DNA from: a virus | Lineage: Duplodnaviria > Caudoviricetes | DNA length: 53,371 nt | Strand: one strand, 5' to 3' | IMG/VR virus record: IMGVR_UViG_3300020473_000702 | Span: 1-53,371 of that record | Shown: positions 8,797-17,059 of the stretch, in pieces | Layout of the letters: each line of letters starts with the position of its first letter | How positions within the stretch are numbered: position 1 is the stretch's first letter | Program-made: the position numbers and the translations under genes | The notes under the pieces: generated by a model | What the model was told of the DNA's origin: nothing | Database searches by the model: none | What the model saw: the letters and a program-made list of their open reading frames with translations, nothing else

Positions 8797-10437
8797 ATGG
8801 CCAATCCAAAAGTAGAATTTAGTTCTACTGATTACAATAGAGTACCACGTACATGTCCTGATAGGAAAGGATTTATTTCTTTGATGGAAGAATTATTCTC
8901 GTGCTCTGATTTCTGGATGGTTAAACAACAAGGTAAAGCAAAGTTTGCTAGGATACCTAAGAATAAAAATCAAATTGATTTATTCACAGATGATCTGGGA
9001 TTTGAATCTGTTATTAAATCTAAGTTGTTGAAGGATAATCAGAAGCAAGAGAAGACTTTTACTGGTACAGGATCAAAGAAGAGTCCAAAGATATTTAATT
9101 ATAAAACCATACCAAATTCATGGTCATCCTATAAGGATTCAGTAGCTATTCAGTGGCTTGATCCAAGAGATGCAAACATACAACAAATTATAACCATAGG
9201 TACAACAGGAAAATCAGGTGAGACTATTAATGCAGCAGCAATGACTAAGGCTCAGGAGATGGGATCTGCTTTTGTTTTTAAGAGAGCTCTCAAGCATGAT
9301 GATAGATGGACTTCATGGGAAAAGTTAAAGGAAGATGATACTGTTAGTACAGAGTTGAATAGGATATGGAAGGATGTTGTAGGGTTGGATCGTGTTACTA
9401 ATGATTGGTATAAGAATTTTTATGCTCAGAATAAAAAATTATTACAGGTAGTTGGTAGCCATCAGTTTACTGAGTTTGAACGTGATGGTGATTTTATGGA
9501 TTGGGTAACAGGATATGTAAGAGATAATGGATGGGCTGCTGGTGGAAAGAAAGATAACTGGAACCCTGCTGATATTTGGATCATGACTAATAAGTGGAGA
9601 GACTGGATTAAGGTACTAGAGGATGCTACTTCTGTACCAAGGTCAGGAGCACATTCAAATATTGGTACTGCTATTGATATACAACTTCTACAGTTCAATG
9701 CGATAATGAGAGCACTGTTTCGTAAGAAAGAGATATGGGGTATATCTCTCAAGAAGGTAAACAAAGATATAGCTGAATGGGCAGAGGTTAATGTTCATTG
9801 GGATAATGATGCTGATAAGAAGTTAGGATTCAATCAGATGAAAGCAATGAGATATACTTATGACTCAACTAATTGTGATTGTGGAAGGAAGGAAGATAAG
9901 AGTGGAACTATTCAACTTGCTACTCAAGATACTAAGTTGAATGTTAAGGGTGCTGGTAGCACCATGTATAAGTTTCAGATAAAAGCAAATGATAGTACTA
10001 AGTTTAGTGGTCTGAAGTATGAACCAACTGATGATACTGCTGGTGCAGCTAGATTGGGTAAAGCAACTGTTGATTATGTTGAGGATCTTTTTAAGAAATA
10101 TGCTGCGAGAATAAAGTTTACTGGTAGTAAAGATGATTATCCACAAGACCCTGATGAATTTTTAAATCAAAAAGATAAATGGATTCATGTGATTGGTAGA
10201 GTTAAAGATCATGGTGTGACAATTCAAACTTCAACAGCATTAGAAGCTTACAATAATATTTTGTTGATCTTTAACAGCAAACCATTTGTTTCTAATTCTA
10301 AACTCATGCAATTATCTTGGTTGGATTCTTTCTTCTCTATTAATGGTAAAGATAATAGAGATAAATTTTTAACTGATATGGTATTCATCGCTCAGAAGAT
10401 GGGTAGAAGATATGGTCCATTTGGTAAGTTATACTAA
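8797..10437 (+). CDS. Hypothetical protein, possible PD-(D/E)xK nuclease fold
   Basis: 546-aa ORF; AQEMGS...WNPADIW...GISLKK arrangement (inferred). Confidence 0.6.
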   Translation: MANPKVEFSSTDYNRVPRTCPDRKGFISLMEELFSCSDFWMVKQQGKAKFARIPKNKNQIDLFTDDLGFESVIKSKLLKDNQKQEKTFTGTGSKKSPKIFNYKTIPNSWSSYKDSVAIQWLDPRDANIQQIITIGTTGKSGETINAAAMTKAQEMGSAFVFKRALKHDDRWTSWEKLKEDDTVSTELNRIWKDVVGLDRVTNDWYKNFYAQNKKLLQVVGSHQFTEFERDGDFMDWVTGYVRDNGWAAGGKKDNWNPADIWIMTNKWRDWIKVLEDATSVPRSGAHSNIGTAIDIQLLQFNAIMRALFRKKEIWGISLKKVNKDIAEWAEVNVHWDNDADKKLGFNQMKAMRYTYDSTNCDCGRKEDKSGTIQLATQDTKLNVKGAGSTMYKFQIKANDSTKFSGLKYEPTDDTAGAARLGKATVDYVEDLFKKYAARIKFTGSKDDYPQDPDEFLNQKDKWIHVIGRVKDHGVTIQTSTALEAYNNILLIFNSKPFVSNSKLMQLSWLDSFFSINGKDNRDKFLTDMVFIAQKMGRRYGPFGKLY

Positions 10438-11633
10438 TGTCTAAGAACACTCACCTAGAACATTTAGAAGATAGCATCTTACTTGATGGTAAGAAGGGTG
10501 CAGAAGATGCATTCAAATTTTTAGATTCTTTGGCTAGAACTTTTACTGGTAAGGGTGCTGGTAATTTTAAGATGACTACGAAGTGGGATGGTGCACCTGC
10601 TATATTCTGTGGACAGTATCCAGGAACAAATCAGTTCTTTGTTGGTACTAAGTCTATCTTTAATAAGGATGCGAAGATTAATTATACTGAAACTGATATT
10701 GATAATAATCATGGTCATGCTCCTGGTCTTACTGCTAAGTTAAAAGCTGCTTTAAAGTATCTTCCTTCTATAGGAATTGAGGGAGTGGTACAGGGAGACT
10801 TATTGTTTACTGATGATAAGAAAGTAGAAGTGGTTGATGGTAAGAAGTCAATTACATTTAAACCAAATACAATAACATATGCTATACCACAAGAAGACAG
10901 TGATTATGAATTGGCTGATGCTGCAAAGATAGGAGTAGTATTTCATACCACATATACTGGTACTAGTATTGAAAGACTTCATGCTTCTTTTGGTTTTGAT
11001 CCATCTACTCTTAAGAAGGATAAAGATGTGTTTGTTATTAGTGCAGAGATAGACACGTTAGGTAAAGATGTTTTATTAACAAGTCAAGAAAAACAGAAGT
11101 TGATTGGTTTGAAGCAGAGTAGCTCACAGTTAGTTAAAACTTGTGGTCCTTTCTTAGATGGTGTAGCAAAGCAGATAGCAGAGAACGATCAACTTACCAT
11201 TGGTGTTAAGCTTAAGCAGTATTTTAATAAGTATGTTCGAGAAGGTAAGCAAGTAGGAAATAGTTTTACTTCTGATTTTAAAGATTACTTTAGTGGTGAG
11301 TGTAAGAAGGCAGCAGATAAAGTAAAGCAACCAAAAACTAAGGCAGCAAAACTTGCTAAGTTATATAATGGTCGTGACTTTATAGATGGTCATGGATCTC
11401 AGTTTGATAATACTGTGAAGTTATATAAGATCATACAGGATGCTAAAGAAATATTTGTTACTAAGCTTGAGAAGGGTGAGAAGTTTGGTACTTATATCAG
11501 AACTGATAATGGTCTTGAGATGACTGCACAAGAAGGATATGTTGCTATTAAAAATGGTAAGGCTACTAAATTGATTAAGAGGTTAGTGTTTAGTCAGGCT
11601 AACTTTGATGTCTCACTCAAGGGTTGGTCATGA
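10437..11633 (+). CDS. Conserved phage protein with RNA/DNA ligase-like nucleotidyltransferase motifs
   Basis: TTKWDG (motif I), VQGDLLF (III), QEGYV (IV), KLIKR (V); N-terminal NTHLEHLED. Confidence 0.65.
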   Translation: MSKNTHLEHLEDSILLDGKKGAEDAFKFLDSLARTFTGKGAGNFKMTTKWDGAPAIFCGQYPGTNQFFVGTKSIFNKDAKINYTETDIDNNHGHAPGLTAKLKAALKYLPSIGIEGVVQGDLLFTDDKKVEVVDGKKSITFKPNTITYAIPQEDSDYELADAAKIGVVFHTTYTGTSIERLHASFGFDPSTLKKDKDVFVISAEIDTLGKDVLLTSQEKQKLIGLKQSSSQLVKTCGPFLDGVAKQIAENDQLTIGVKLKQYFNKYVREGKQVGNSFTSDFKDYFSGECKKAADKVKQPKTKAAKLAKLYNGRDFIDGHGSQFDNTVKLYKIIQDAKEIFVTKLEKGEKFGTYIRTDNGLEMTAQEGYVAIKNGKATKLIKRLVFSQANFDVSLKGWS

Positions 11634-12202
11634 AAAAAGCTTGGATAGTTTTTGGTAGGTTTAATCCTCCTACTATAGGACATAAAAAAATGATAGACCA
11701 GCTTCAGAAACTTGCTGGTAATGATGATTATATGGTCTGGCCTACCTGGACAAATGATAAAAAGAAGAATCCTTTAAAACATCCAGATAAGGTTAACTGG
11801 ATGATTAAGATGTTTCCAGAACACTCTACTCATATACAGTCTGATAGATCTCTTAAGACTTTACCATTTATTTTACAGCATCTTATGGTGGAAGGTTATA
11901 GTGATGTGGTTATAGTATGTGGTAGTGATAGGACAAAAGCTTTTGATTTTAATATTAAGTATAACAGGGTAGAGACTGGAGATGGTCAAGCTTATTATGC
12001 TTTTGATACTATAAAAATTGATTCAACTGGGTTGAATAGAGATCCAGATTCTGATGGTGCTGAAGGTATGTCTGCATCTAAGATGAGGGATGCTGCTAAG
12101 AAAGTAGATACGGTTAATTTTTTAAAGGGTGTTGAAGGTTTACTAAATACAAGTGATGCTTTAACATTGATGGAAGATGTTCGGGAAGGACTTGGACTGT
12201 GA
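11630..12202 (+). CDS. HIGH-superfamily nucleotidyltransferase (cytidylyltransferase/NMNAT-like)
   Basis: FGRFNPPTIGH, GSDR, MSASKMR; ATG 11630 overlaps the previous stop. Confidence 0.85.
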   Translation: MKKAWIVFGRFNPPTIGHKKMIDQLQKLAGNDDYMVWPTWTNDKKKNPLKHPDKVNWMIKMFPEHSTHIQSDRSLKTLPFILQHLMVEGYSDVVIVCGSDRTKAFDFNIKYNRVETGDGQAYYAFDTIKIDSTGLNRDPDSDGAEGMSASKMRDAAKKVDTVNFLKGVEGLLNTSDALTLMEDVREGLGL

Positions 12203-12480
12203 AAACATTTAGAGACATTAAAAATCAAGCAGTAAGACAGAACTTCAGACAGAAGGAATGCTTCACTGAGGGACAGACTGTGATGAATGTTAACACTGGT
12301 ATCAAGGGGAAGATAATCCGCACTGGACCGAACTATGTTATTTGTGTTTCTGAAGCCCGAGAAATGTTTAGAGCTTGGGTCAGGGACATAAGAGAAGTCA
12401 ATGAAAGTATAAATAAACCAAGAAGAACAGCCTTTTTTACTCATGGACAAGCAAGCACCTACAACATCAGTGCAACATAA
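12199..12480 (+). CDS. Hypothetical protein (small beta-barrel/SH3-like)
   Basis: GTG start overlapping previous stop; G.IIRTGPNYVIC...FRAWV.D. Confidence 0.7.
   Translation: MKTFRDIKNQAVRQNFRQKECFTEGQTVMNVNTGIKGKIIRTGPNYVICVSEAREMFRAWVRDIREVNESINKPRRTAFFTHGQASTYNISAT
12408..12415 (+). promoter_or_regulatory. T4 late promoter
   Basis: Exact TATAAATA 27 nt upstream of ATG 12443. Confidence 0.7.
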
Positions 12481-13003
12481 TGATGATTATTCTAAAGCAC
12501 TAATCGAATCATATGCACAGTGGATGGATGGAGATACCTTCCAAGGAACTACCATCAAAGAGGAACCTGCTACTATTGAAACACCAATAGGTACTATACC
12601 TAAGCCTGATTTTGATAAGGAAACTATCCCTACTATTAAAGTGGTCAACACTGATGATGGTAGCACAAAGGATCCTAAGGCTAATGCTGGTGCACCTGAT
12701 AGCACAAAGATCAAGCAGTCACATGGTGCTGAGATAAAGAATAATGCTATTAGTGTTAAGAGAGAAGAGGTTGAAGTTGAGAAGAAGGCAACTAGAGAAG
12801 AATTAGAAGCTAAGTTAGAAGAGATTCTTACAGAACTTAGTGAAATGACTGAGACTACTTTCACTATAACTAAAGAGAGATGGGAGAAAGCAGCTGCAGA
12901 GAGAGAAGGCAAAGTAGTTGAAGAAGAAGCAGGATGTAGTACCAATGAGTCTAAGAAGCAAAAGACCATTGATAAAATAATGAGCTATTCTAGAAAAAAG
13001 TAG
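12443..13003 (+). CDS. Acidic, charged hypothetical protein (possible prohead-internal); probable -1 frameshift extension to 13149
   Basis: 186 aa, E/K/T-rich; ends AGA AAA AAG TAG. Confidence 0.75.
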   Translation: MDKQAPTTSVQHNDDYSKALIESYAQWMDGDTFQGTTIKEEPATIETPIGTIPKPDFDKETIPTIKVVNTDDGSTKDPKANAGAPDSTKIKQSHGAEIKNNAISVKREEVEVEKKATREELEAKLEEILTELSEMTETTFTITKERWEKAAAEREGKVVEEEAGCSTNESKKQKTIDKIMSYSRKK

Positions 13004-13046
13004 AAGGGCTTGCACATGATAGATGGGGTCTAGAAGAAGGCAAGTC
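12994..13046 (+). other. Putative programmed -1 ribosomal frameshift signal
   Basis: In-frame A_AAA_AAG 12994-13000; stem GGCTTGC (13007-13013)/GCAAGTC (13040-13046); -1 frame open 13000-13149. Confidence 0.65.
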
Positions 13047-13145
13047 AAAAGGAAAAAAGAAAAAGACTGTTGAGATCATGCCTCGTATTGACGATGGTAA
13101 AGATATGAAGAACCCAAAGAAAGGACCAGATATATACGTGAAGGG

Positions 13146-13152
13146 ATAAATA
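13146..13152 (+). promoter_or_regulatory. Late promoter-like motif
   Basis: ATAAATA upstream of the lipase gene. Confidence 0.5.
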
Positions 13153-13172
13153 ATACTAATTGAGTTTTTATT

Positions 13173-13766
13173 ATGACATTAGCAAAAGAGGCAATACTCG
13201 AAGCACTTAAGTGTTGTAGAGATGTGTATCCACATAAGCAAGACTTCCTAGTTAGTAGGAAGGTGGAAGGTCATACCATTCTTGCAGTTGAAGGAACAAA
13301 TGAGACTACAGACTGGATAACCAATCTGAAGTTTCTTATTAAACGTGACGATTGTCACAGAGGATTCAAGAACAATGCTAACAGGACACTAGCCGAGCTA
13401 GTGGTAGCATATGAAGGATTGGATCCTAAGAGAAAGCTTGTTATTGCAGGTCATTCTCTTGGTGGAGCAACCGCTACCTTAATTGCAGACTTGTTATGGG
13501 AGTCAGGCAATAAGAATGTAGCCCTAGTAACTGCTGGTTCTCCCAGACCAGGTGGACGTAGGTTAAGAAAGAGGATTAAAGATCTTGAACATCTTCGGTT
13601 TGTGCATGGTGATGACATTGTTCCAGGGACTCCTCCTTGGCTTGCTGGCTATGTACACACTCATCCAGTTATCAAACTAGAAGACGAGAAAGATACTCGT
13701 TTTGATGGAGTTGCTGACCATAATATAGGTGACTATTATGAAGCAGCTCTCAAATATTATAAATAA
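13173..13766 (+). CDS. Class 3 lipase (alpha/beta hydrolase)
   Basis: GT...DW.TNL lid, HRGF, GHSLGG nucleophile elbow, GSPR.G, DDIVP, DH. Confidence 0.88.
   Translation: MTLAKEAILEALKCCRDVYPHKQDFLVSRKVEGHTILAVEGTNETTDWITNLKFLIKRDDCHRGFKNNANRTLAELVVAYEGLDPKRKLVIAGHSLGGATATLIADLLWESGNKNVALVTAGSPRPGGRRLRKRIKDLEHLRFVHGDDIVPGTPPWLAGYVHTHPVIKLEDEKDTRFDGVADHNIGDYYEAALKYYK
13758..13765 (+). promoter_or_regulatory. T4 late promoter
   Basis: Exact TATAAATA upstream of ATG 13805. Confidence 0.7.
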
Positions 13767-13804
13767 CTTCAGGAAATTAATTGTAAATCAATAGGAATTA
13801 AGTC

Positions 13805-14602
13805 ATGCCCATACTTGGATCTATAGACAGTGCTGATTTTACTGCCACCGTTGCAGTTACTAATGCTTCAGCAACTGTTACTAAAGGCAACGCAGATACT
13901 ATCGTTGCTGGAGATATTATAGTTCTGGACGGTGTTCAGTACTATACTAAGGTAGTCGATGGTAATACTATTACCCTCGGTAAAGCATATGCTGGTAGTA
14001 CCAATGCTACATTAGCAGCAAACAAGGTACAAAGACGTACTGCACCCAAGGCATTGGCTGATTTCCTATTGAGTAATGGAACTTCTACTGCATCTACAAC
14101 TAGTATTGTTGGTGTAAGTCAGGCAGAAGCACAACTCAGTGAGAACAAAGCACGTGGTATCTCTAGTCCTGGATGGTGGGCATATAGGACATATACAGAT
14201 GCTGCTGGTTCCACACGTCATAAGGCAGAATTGATTACATCATACAAAGATGGTACTGCATTCAGTGGAGACTTCACTGATGATACAATTGCTGCTGATA
14301 TTACTTCCTTGATTACAATTGATACCCAACCTGCTAACCAGAATACATCTGGTGGTGGAGCAACATTTACTGTCGCTGCATCTTCTACAGGTTCTGGAGC
14401 ATCTCTCACCTATCAGTGGCAACGACTTGATGTTACTGGTGGAGAATGGACAGATGTATCAGGTGCAACTTCTGCAAATCTCGCACTCACTGGTGAAACT
14501 GCTGATGAGACTGGAGATAAGTTCAGAGTTAAAGTCAACAACTCCATTGGTGGTGTTGAAGTAATCACTGATGGTGCTGCTACACTAACATTCGTTAGCT
14601 AA
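13805..14602 (+). CDS. Probable virion structural protein with C-terminal Ig-like domain
   Basis: PGWW.Y.TYTD..G.TRHKAEL; C-terminal ITIDTQP...ATFTV.A...YQWQ...FRVKV Ig pattern; late promoter. Confidence 0.75.
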   Translation: MPILGSIDSADFTATVAVTNASATVTKGNADTIVAGDIIVLDGVQYYTKVVDGNTITLGKAYAGSTNATLAANKVQRRTAPKALADFLLSNGTSTASTTSIVGVSQAEAQLSENKARGISSPGWWAYRTYTDAAGSTRHKAELITSYKDGTAFSGDFTDDTIAADITSLITIDTQPANQNTSGGGATFTVAASSTGSGASLTYQWQRLDVTGGEWTDVSGATSANLALTGETADETGDKFRVKVNNSIGGVEVITDGAATLTFVS

Positions 14603-14609
14603 TATGTAA

Positions 14610-14966
14610 ATGAATTTTGATGAATTGAACCAGGACAACTGGTTAATGTTTGCTATTAAAAATTATGATAACCCACTCTCAGTAACCTACGAAGACTTTG
14701 AAGAAGATTTAAAACGCTTCAAATATATTAAGAGACTTCTGAGGAGATATGAAACAAGTGGAGATTTCAAGGTCCATTTGATCCTAAATCATATTATAAT
14801 ACTATATAATGCATTTGGTGATGCAGCAACACCGTTGCTATTCTTTAAGATAGATGCATCACATTGGTCTATACTGAAAGCTTTTATGTTCTTTCTGGAT
14901 AGACTACCACCTACAATAACTACTGGTATTGATCAAGAATGTCTACGTCAACTGAATCTAATTTAA
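14610..14966 (+). CDS. Conserved T4-like phage hypothetical protein
   Basis: FAIKNYDNP...DFEEDLKRFKYIKRLL...LILNHIIILYN.FG. Confidence 0.8.
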   Translation: MNFDELNQDNWLMFAIKNYDNPLSVTYEDFEEDLKRFKYIKRLLRRYETSGDFKVHLILNHIIILYNAFGDAATPLLFFKIDASHWSILKAFMFFLDRLPPTITTGIDQECLRQLNLI

Positions 14967-15661
14967 AAGAGATGATGGCTGGCGATGGTGCTGCATTACA
15001 AATGCCACCAGCGTTCGTATTTGTTAATGCTAAATCTGCTCGCAAATATAAAAAAGCGAATCAGGATATGGTAGATGGTCGCACTAAAGGTGCTAAAACT
15101 ATGCTCTCTCGTATACAAAAGCGTAAGAAAATGAAAGAAGATCTAGAAACAACTATTTCTGAAGCAGCACCTACTGAAACAGAACGTGCTCAAAAGCAGA
15201 TTGGTCAAATGAAAAAGTTGAAGAGGCAAAAGCAACTTCAAACTAAGAAAGATCAAGCTAAGAAAGGAATGCAGGACAAGTCTAAGGAAATGGATATCCT
15301 TATGAAGGCTCGTCTATCTGACTTTAAGAAGAAAGCTTCTAGTCAAACAAAAAAATTACAAAAGAATGAAGTGGAACACACAGGTGATAATATTATGACT
15401 GAAAATGCAGCAACACAAGATGCTTTAGATGTAGCATTACAAGTAGCGACATCAGAACTTAATCCTAGAGGAGAAACAGAATTTGCTAAGATTACTTTTG
15501 CTGATAAGTCTGAACAGAATTTAGATAATTTCTCTGCTAAGAAGATAGCAGCTGCCTATGCTCAATTGGGTGATGAGCAACAACAGCAGTATAGATTTAT
15601 GTTGAATAAGGATGCGTCAACCTTCCAGTCTGCTCTGGATTTCGCAATTCGTAATACCTAA
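14939..15661 (+). CDS. Hypothetical charged/coiled-coil protein
   Basis: 240 aa, K/E/Q-rich; VDGRTK motif. Confidence 0.7.
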   Translation: MSTSTESNLKEMMAGDGAALQMPPAFVFVNAKSARKYKKANQDMVDGRTKGAKTMLSRIQKRKKMKEDLETTISEAAPTETERAQKQIGQMKKLKRQKQLQTKKDQAKKGMQDKSKEMDILMKARLSDFKKKASSQTKKLQKNEVEHTGDNIMTENAATQDALDVALQVATSELNPRGETEFAKITFADKSEQNLDNFSAKKIAAAYAQLGDEQQQQYRFMLNKDASTFQSALDFAIRNT

Positions 15662-16032
15662 TGGCCGAGAGTATCAACGCTGCTATAATAGAGCGGCTGG
15701 AGAAAGTAGTTGATACTCTCCAAGACAATTCAGTTAAGATGGGAAACCTTCTTGCCGTCCACAACGAGAAGTTGGACAAGCAAGATAGGATTGATGGTGT
15801 TCTCTTTGAGAAGATCGAGTCAGTCCATCGTGAAGTAAACCGTCAAGCAATTGATATAAAGAGGGGTTGTGAAAGGGATATACGTAAGGTTGATGACCGC
15901 CTTAGAGTCATGGAAAAGAAAATGTGGACTATTTTTGGTGCTCTTTCTATTATATCTTTCATCGTTAGTCCAATCGGACAAAGAATCATTAGACCAGCAT
16001 TTCAACCGTCACAAGCAGAGTTGACGAGATAG
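15661..16032 (+). CDS. Coiled-coil protein with C-terminal transmembrane helix
   Basis: LAVHNEKL...LRVMEKKMW followed by hydrophobic TIFGALSIISFIV. Confidence 0.7.
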   Translation: MAESINAAIIERLEKVVDTLQDNSVKMGNLLAVHNEKLDKQDRIDGVLFEKIESVHREVNRQAIDIKRGCERDIRKVDDRLRVMEKKMWTIFGALSIISFIVSPIGQRIIRPAFQPSQAELTR

Positions 16033-16049
16033 AATTTTTCTAGTATAGT
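16021..16049 (+). promoter_or_regulatory. Sigma70-type promoter for primase-nrdAB
   Basis: TTGACG (16021-16026), 17 nt, TATAGT (16044-16049). Confidence 0.7.
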
Positions 16050-16072
16050 AGTGAGTACTATAAAGGTATTGG

Positions 16073-17059
16073 ATGTCCGTACTAGACGAACAGTACATAA
16101 CACTAGTATCTCACAGGCTTAACCTCTTTTCAAATAAGAAGAGAGGTCTTTATAATTTTAGGTGTCCTTATTGTGGAGACTCTAAAAAGCATAAGAATAA
16201 AGCTAGGGGATACATCTTTCAGATAAAGAATGATTATGTTTACAAGTGTCACAATTGTGGTGTAGGTAGAACACTATCAAATTTTCTGAAGGATCAGGAT
16301 CCATTACTCCATGACCGATATATCATGGAGAAGTTTCGTAGTGGAGACAAAACTGGGTCACGTACATTCACACCCGAACCAAAATTTAAGTTCAAAAATC
16401 CTACTTTCAATACAATTGATTTAGAGAAGATTTCAGAGCTAAATACCTCACATCCAGCAAGAAAATATTTAGAAGATAGGCAGATTAAATGCCTAGATTA
16501 CTTCTACTATTGTCCTAAGTTTAAAGCTTGGACAAACAAACAGAAGAAGACATATGATACAGCAAGAAAGGATAGTCCGAGAATAATTATACCATTTAAA
16601 GACAGTGATGGTAAGCTCTTTGGGTATCAAGGTAGATCGTTAGCCCCTACAGCAAAGATGAGGTATATCACGATCATGCTTGATGAGAGTAGACCTAAGA
16701 TTTTTGGATTGGATAGGATTAATAAGGATAAACCAGTTTACATTACAGAAGGACCATTCGATGCTACATTTCTTAAAAACTCGGTTGCTATGGCTGGCTC
16801 CGATGTTGATCCTAGGACGTATAGTTGGAGCGATTATATTTGGGTTTATGATAATGAACCACGCAACAGAGAAATCGTCAGTAGAATCTCCCGATCCGTG
16901 GATAGAGGAGATAAGGTCGTAATATGGCCTAAGAATATACAGGAGAAGGACATCAATGACATGTTCTTAGCTGGACATAATGTACAAACCGTGGTAGAAT
17001 CAAATGTATACTACGGACTAGAAGCAAACCTTAGACTTAACGATTGGAAAAAAGTATGA
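16073..17059 (+). CDS. gp61: DNA primase (T4 gp61-like)
   Basis: Zn ribbon CPYCGDS...CHNCG; TOPRIM EGPFD, DNEPRN, KDIND. Confidence 0.95.
   Translation: MSVLDEQYITLVSHRLNLFSNKKRGLYNFRCPYCGDSKKHKNKARGYIFQIKNDYVYKCHNCGVGRTLSNFLKDQDPLLHDRYIMEKFRSGDKTGSRTFTPEPKFKFKNPTFNTIDLEKISELNTSHPARKYLEDRQIKCLDYFYYCPKFKAWTNKQKKTYDTARKDSPRIIIPFKDSDGKLFGYQGRSLAPTAKMRYITIMLDESRPKIFGLDRINKDKPVYITEGPFDATFLKNSVAMAGSDVDPRTYSWSDYIWVYDNEPRNREIVSRISRSVDRGDKVVIWPKNIQEKDINDMFLAGHNVQTVVESNVYYGLEANLRLNDWKKV

Noticed and set aside
17044-17059. Possible primase-nrdA frameshift fusion at GGAAAAAAGTATGA
   Set aside because: In the primase frame it reads TGG AAA AAA GTA, which is not an in-frame A_AAA_AAG; an ordinary ATGA overlap explains the junction
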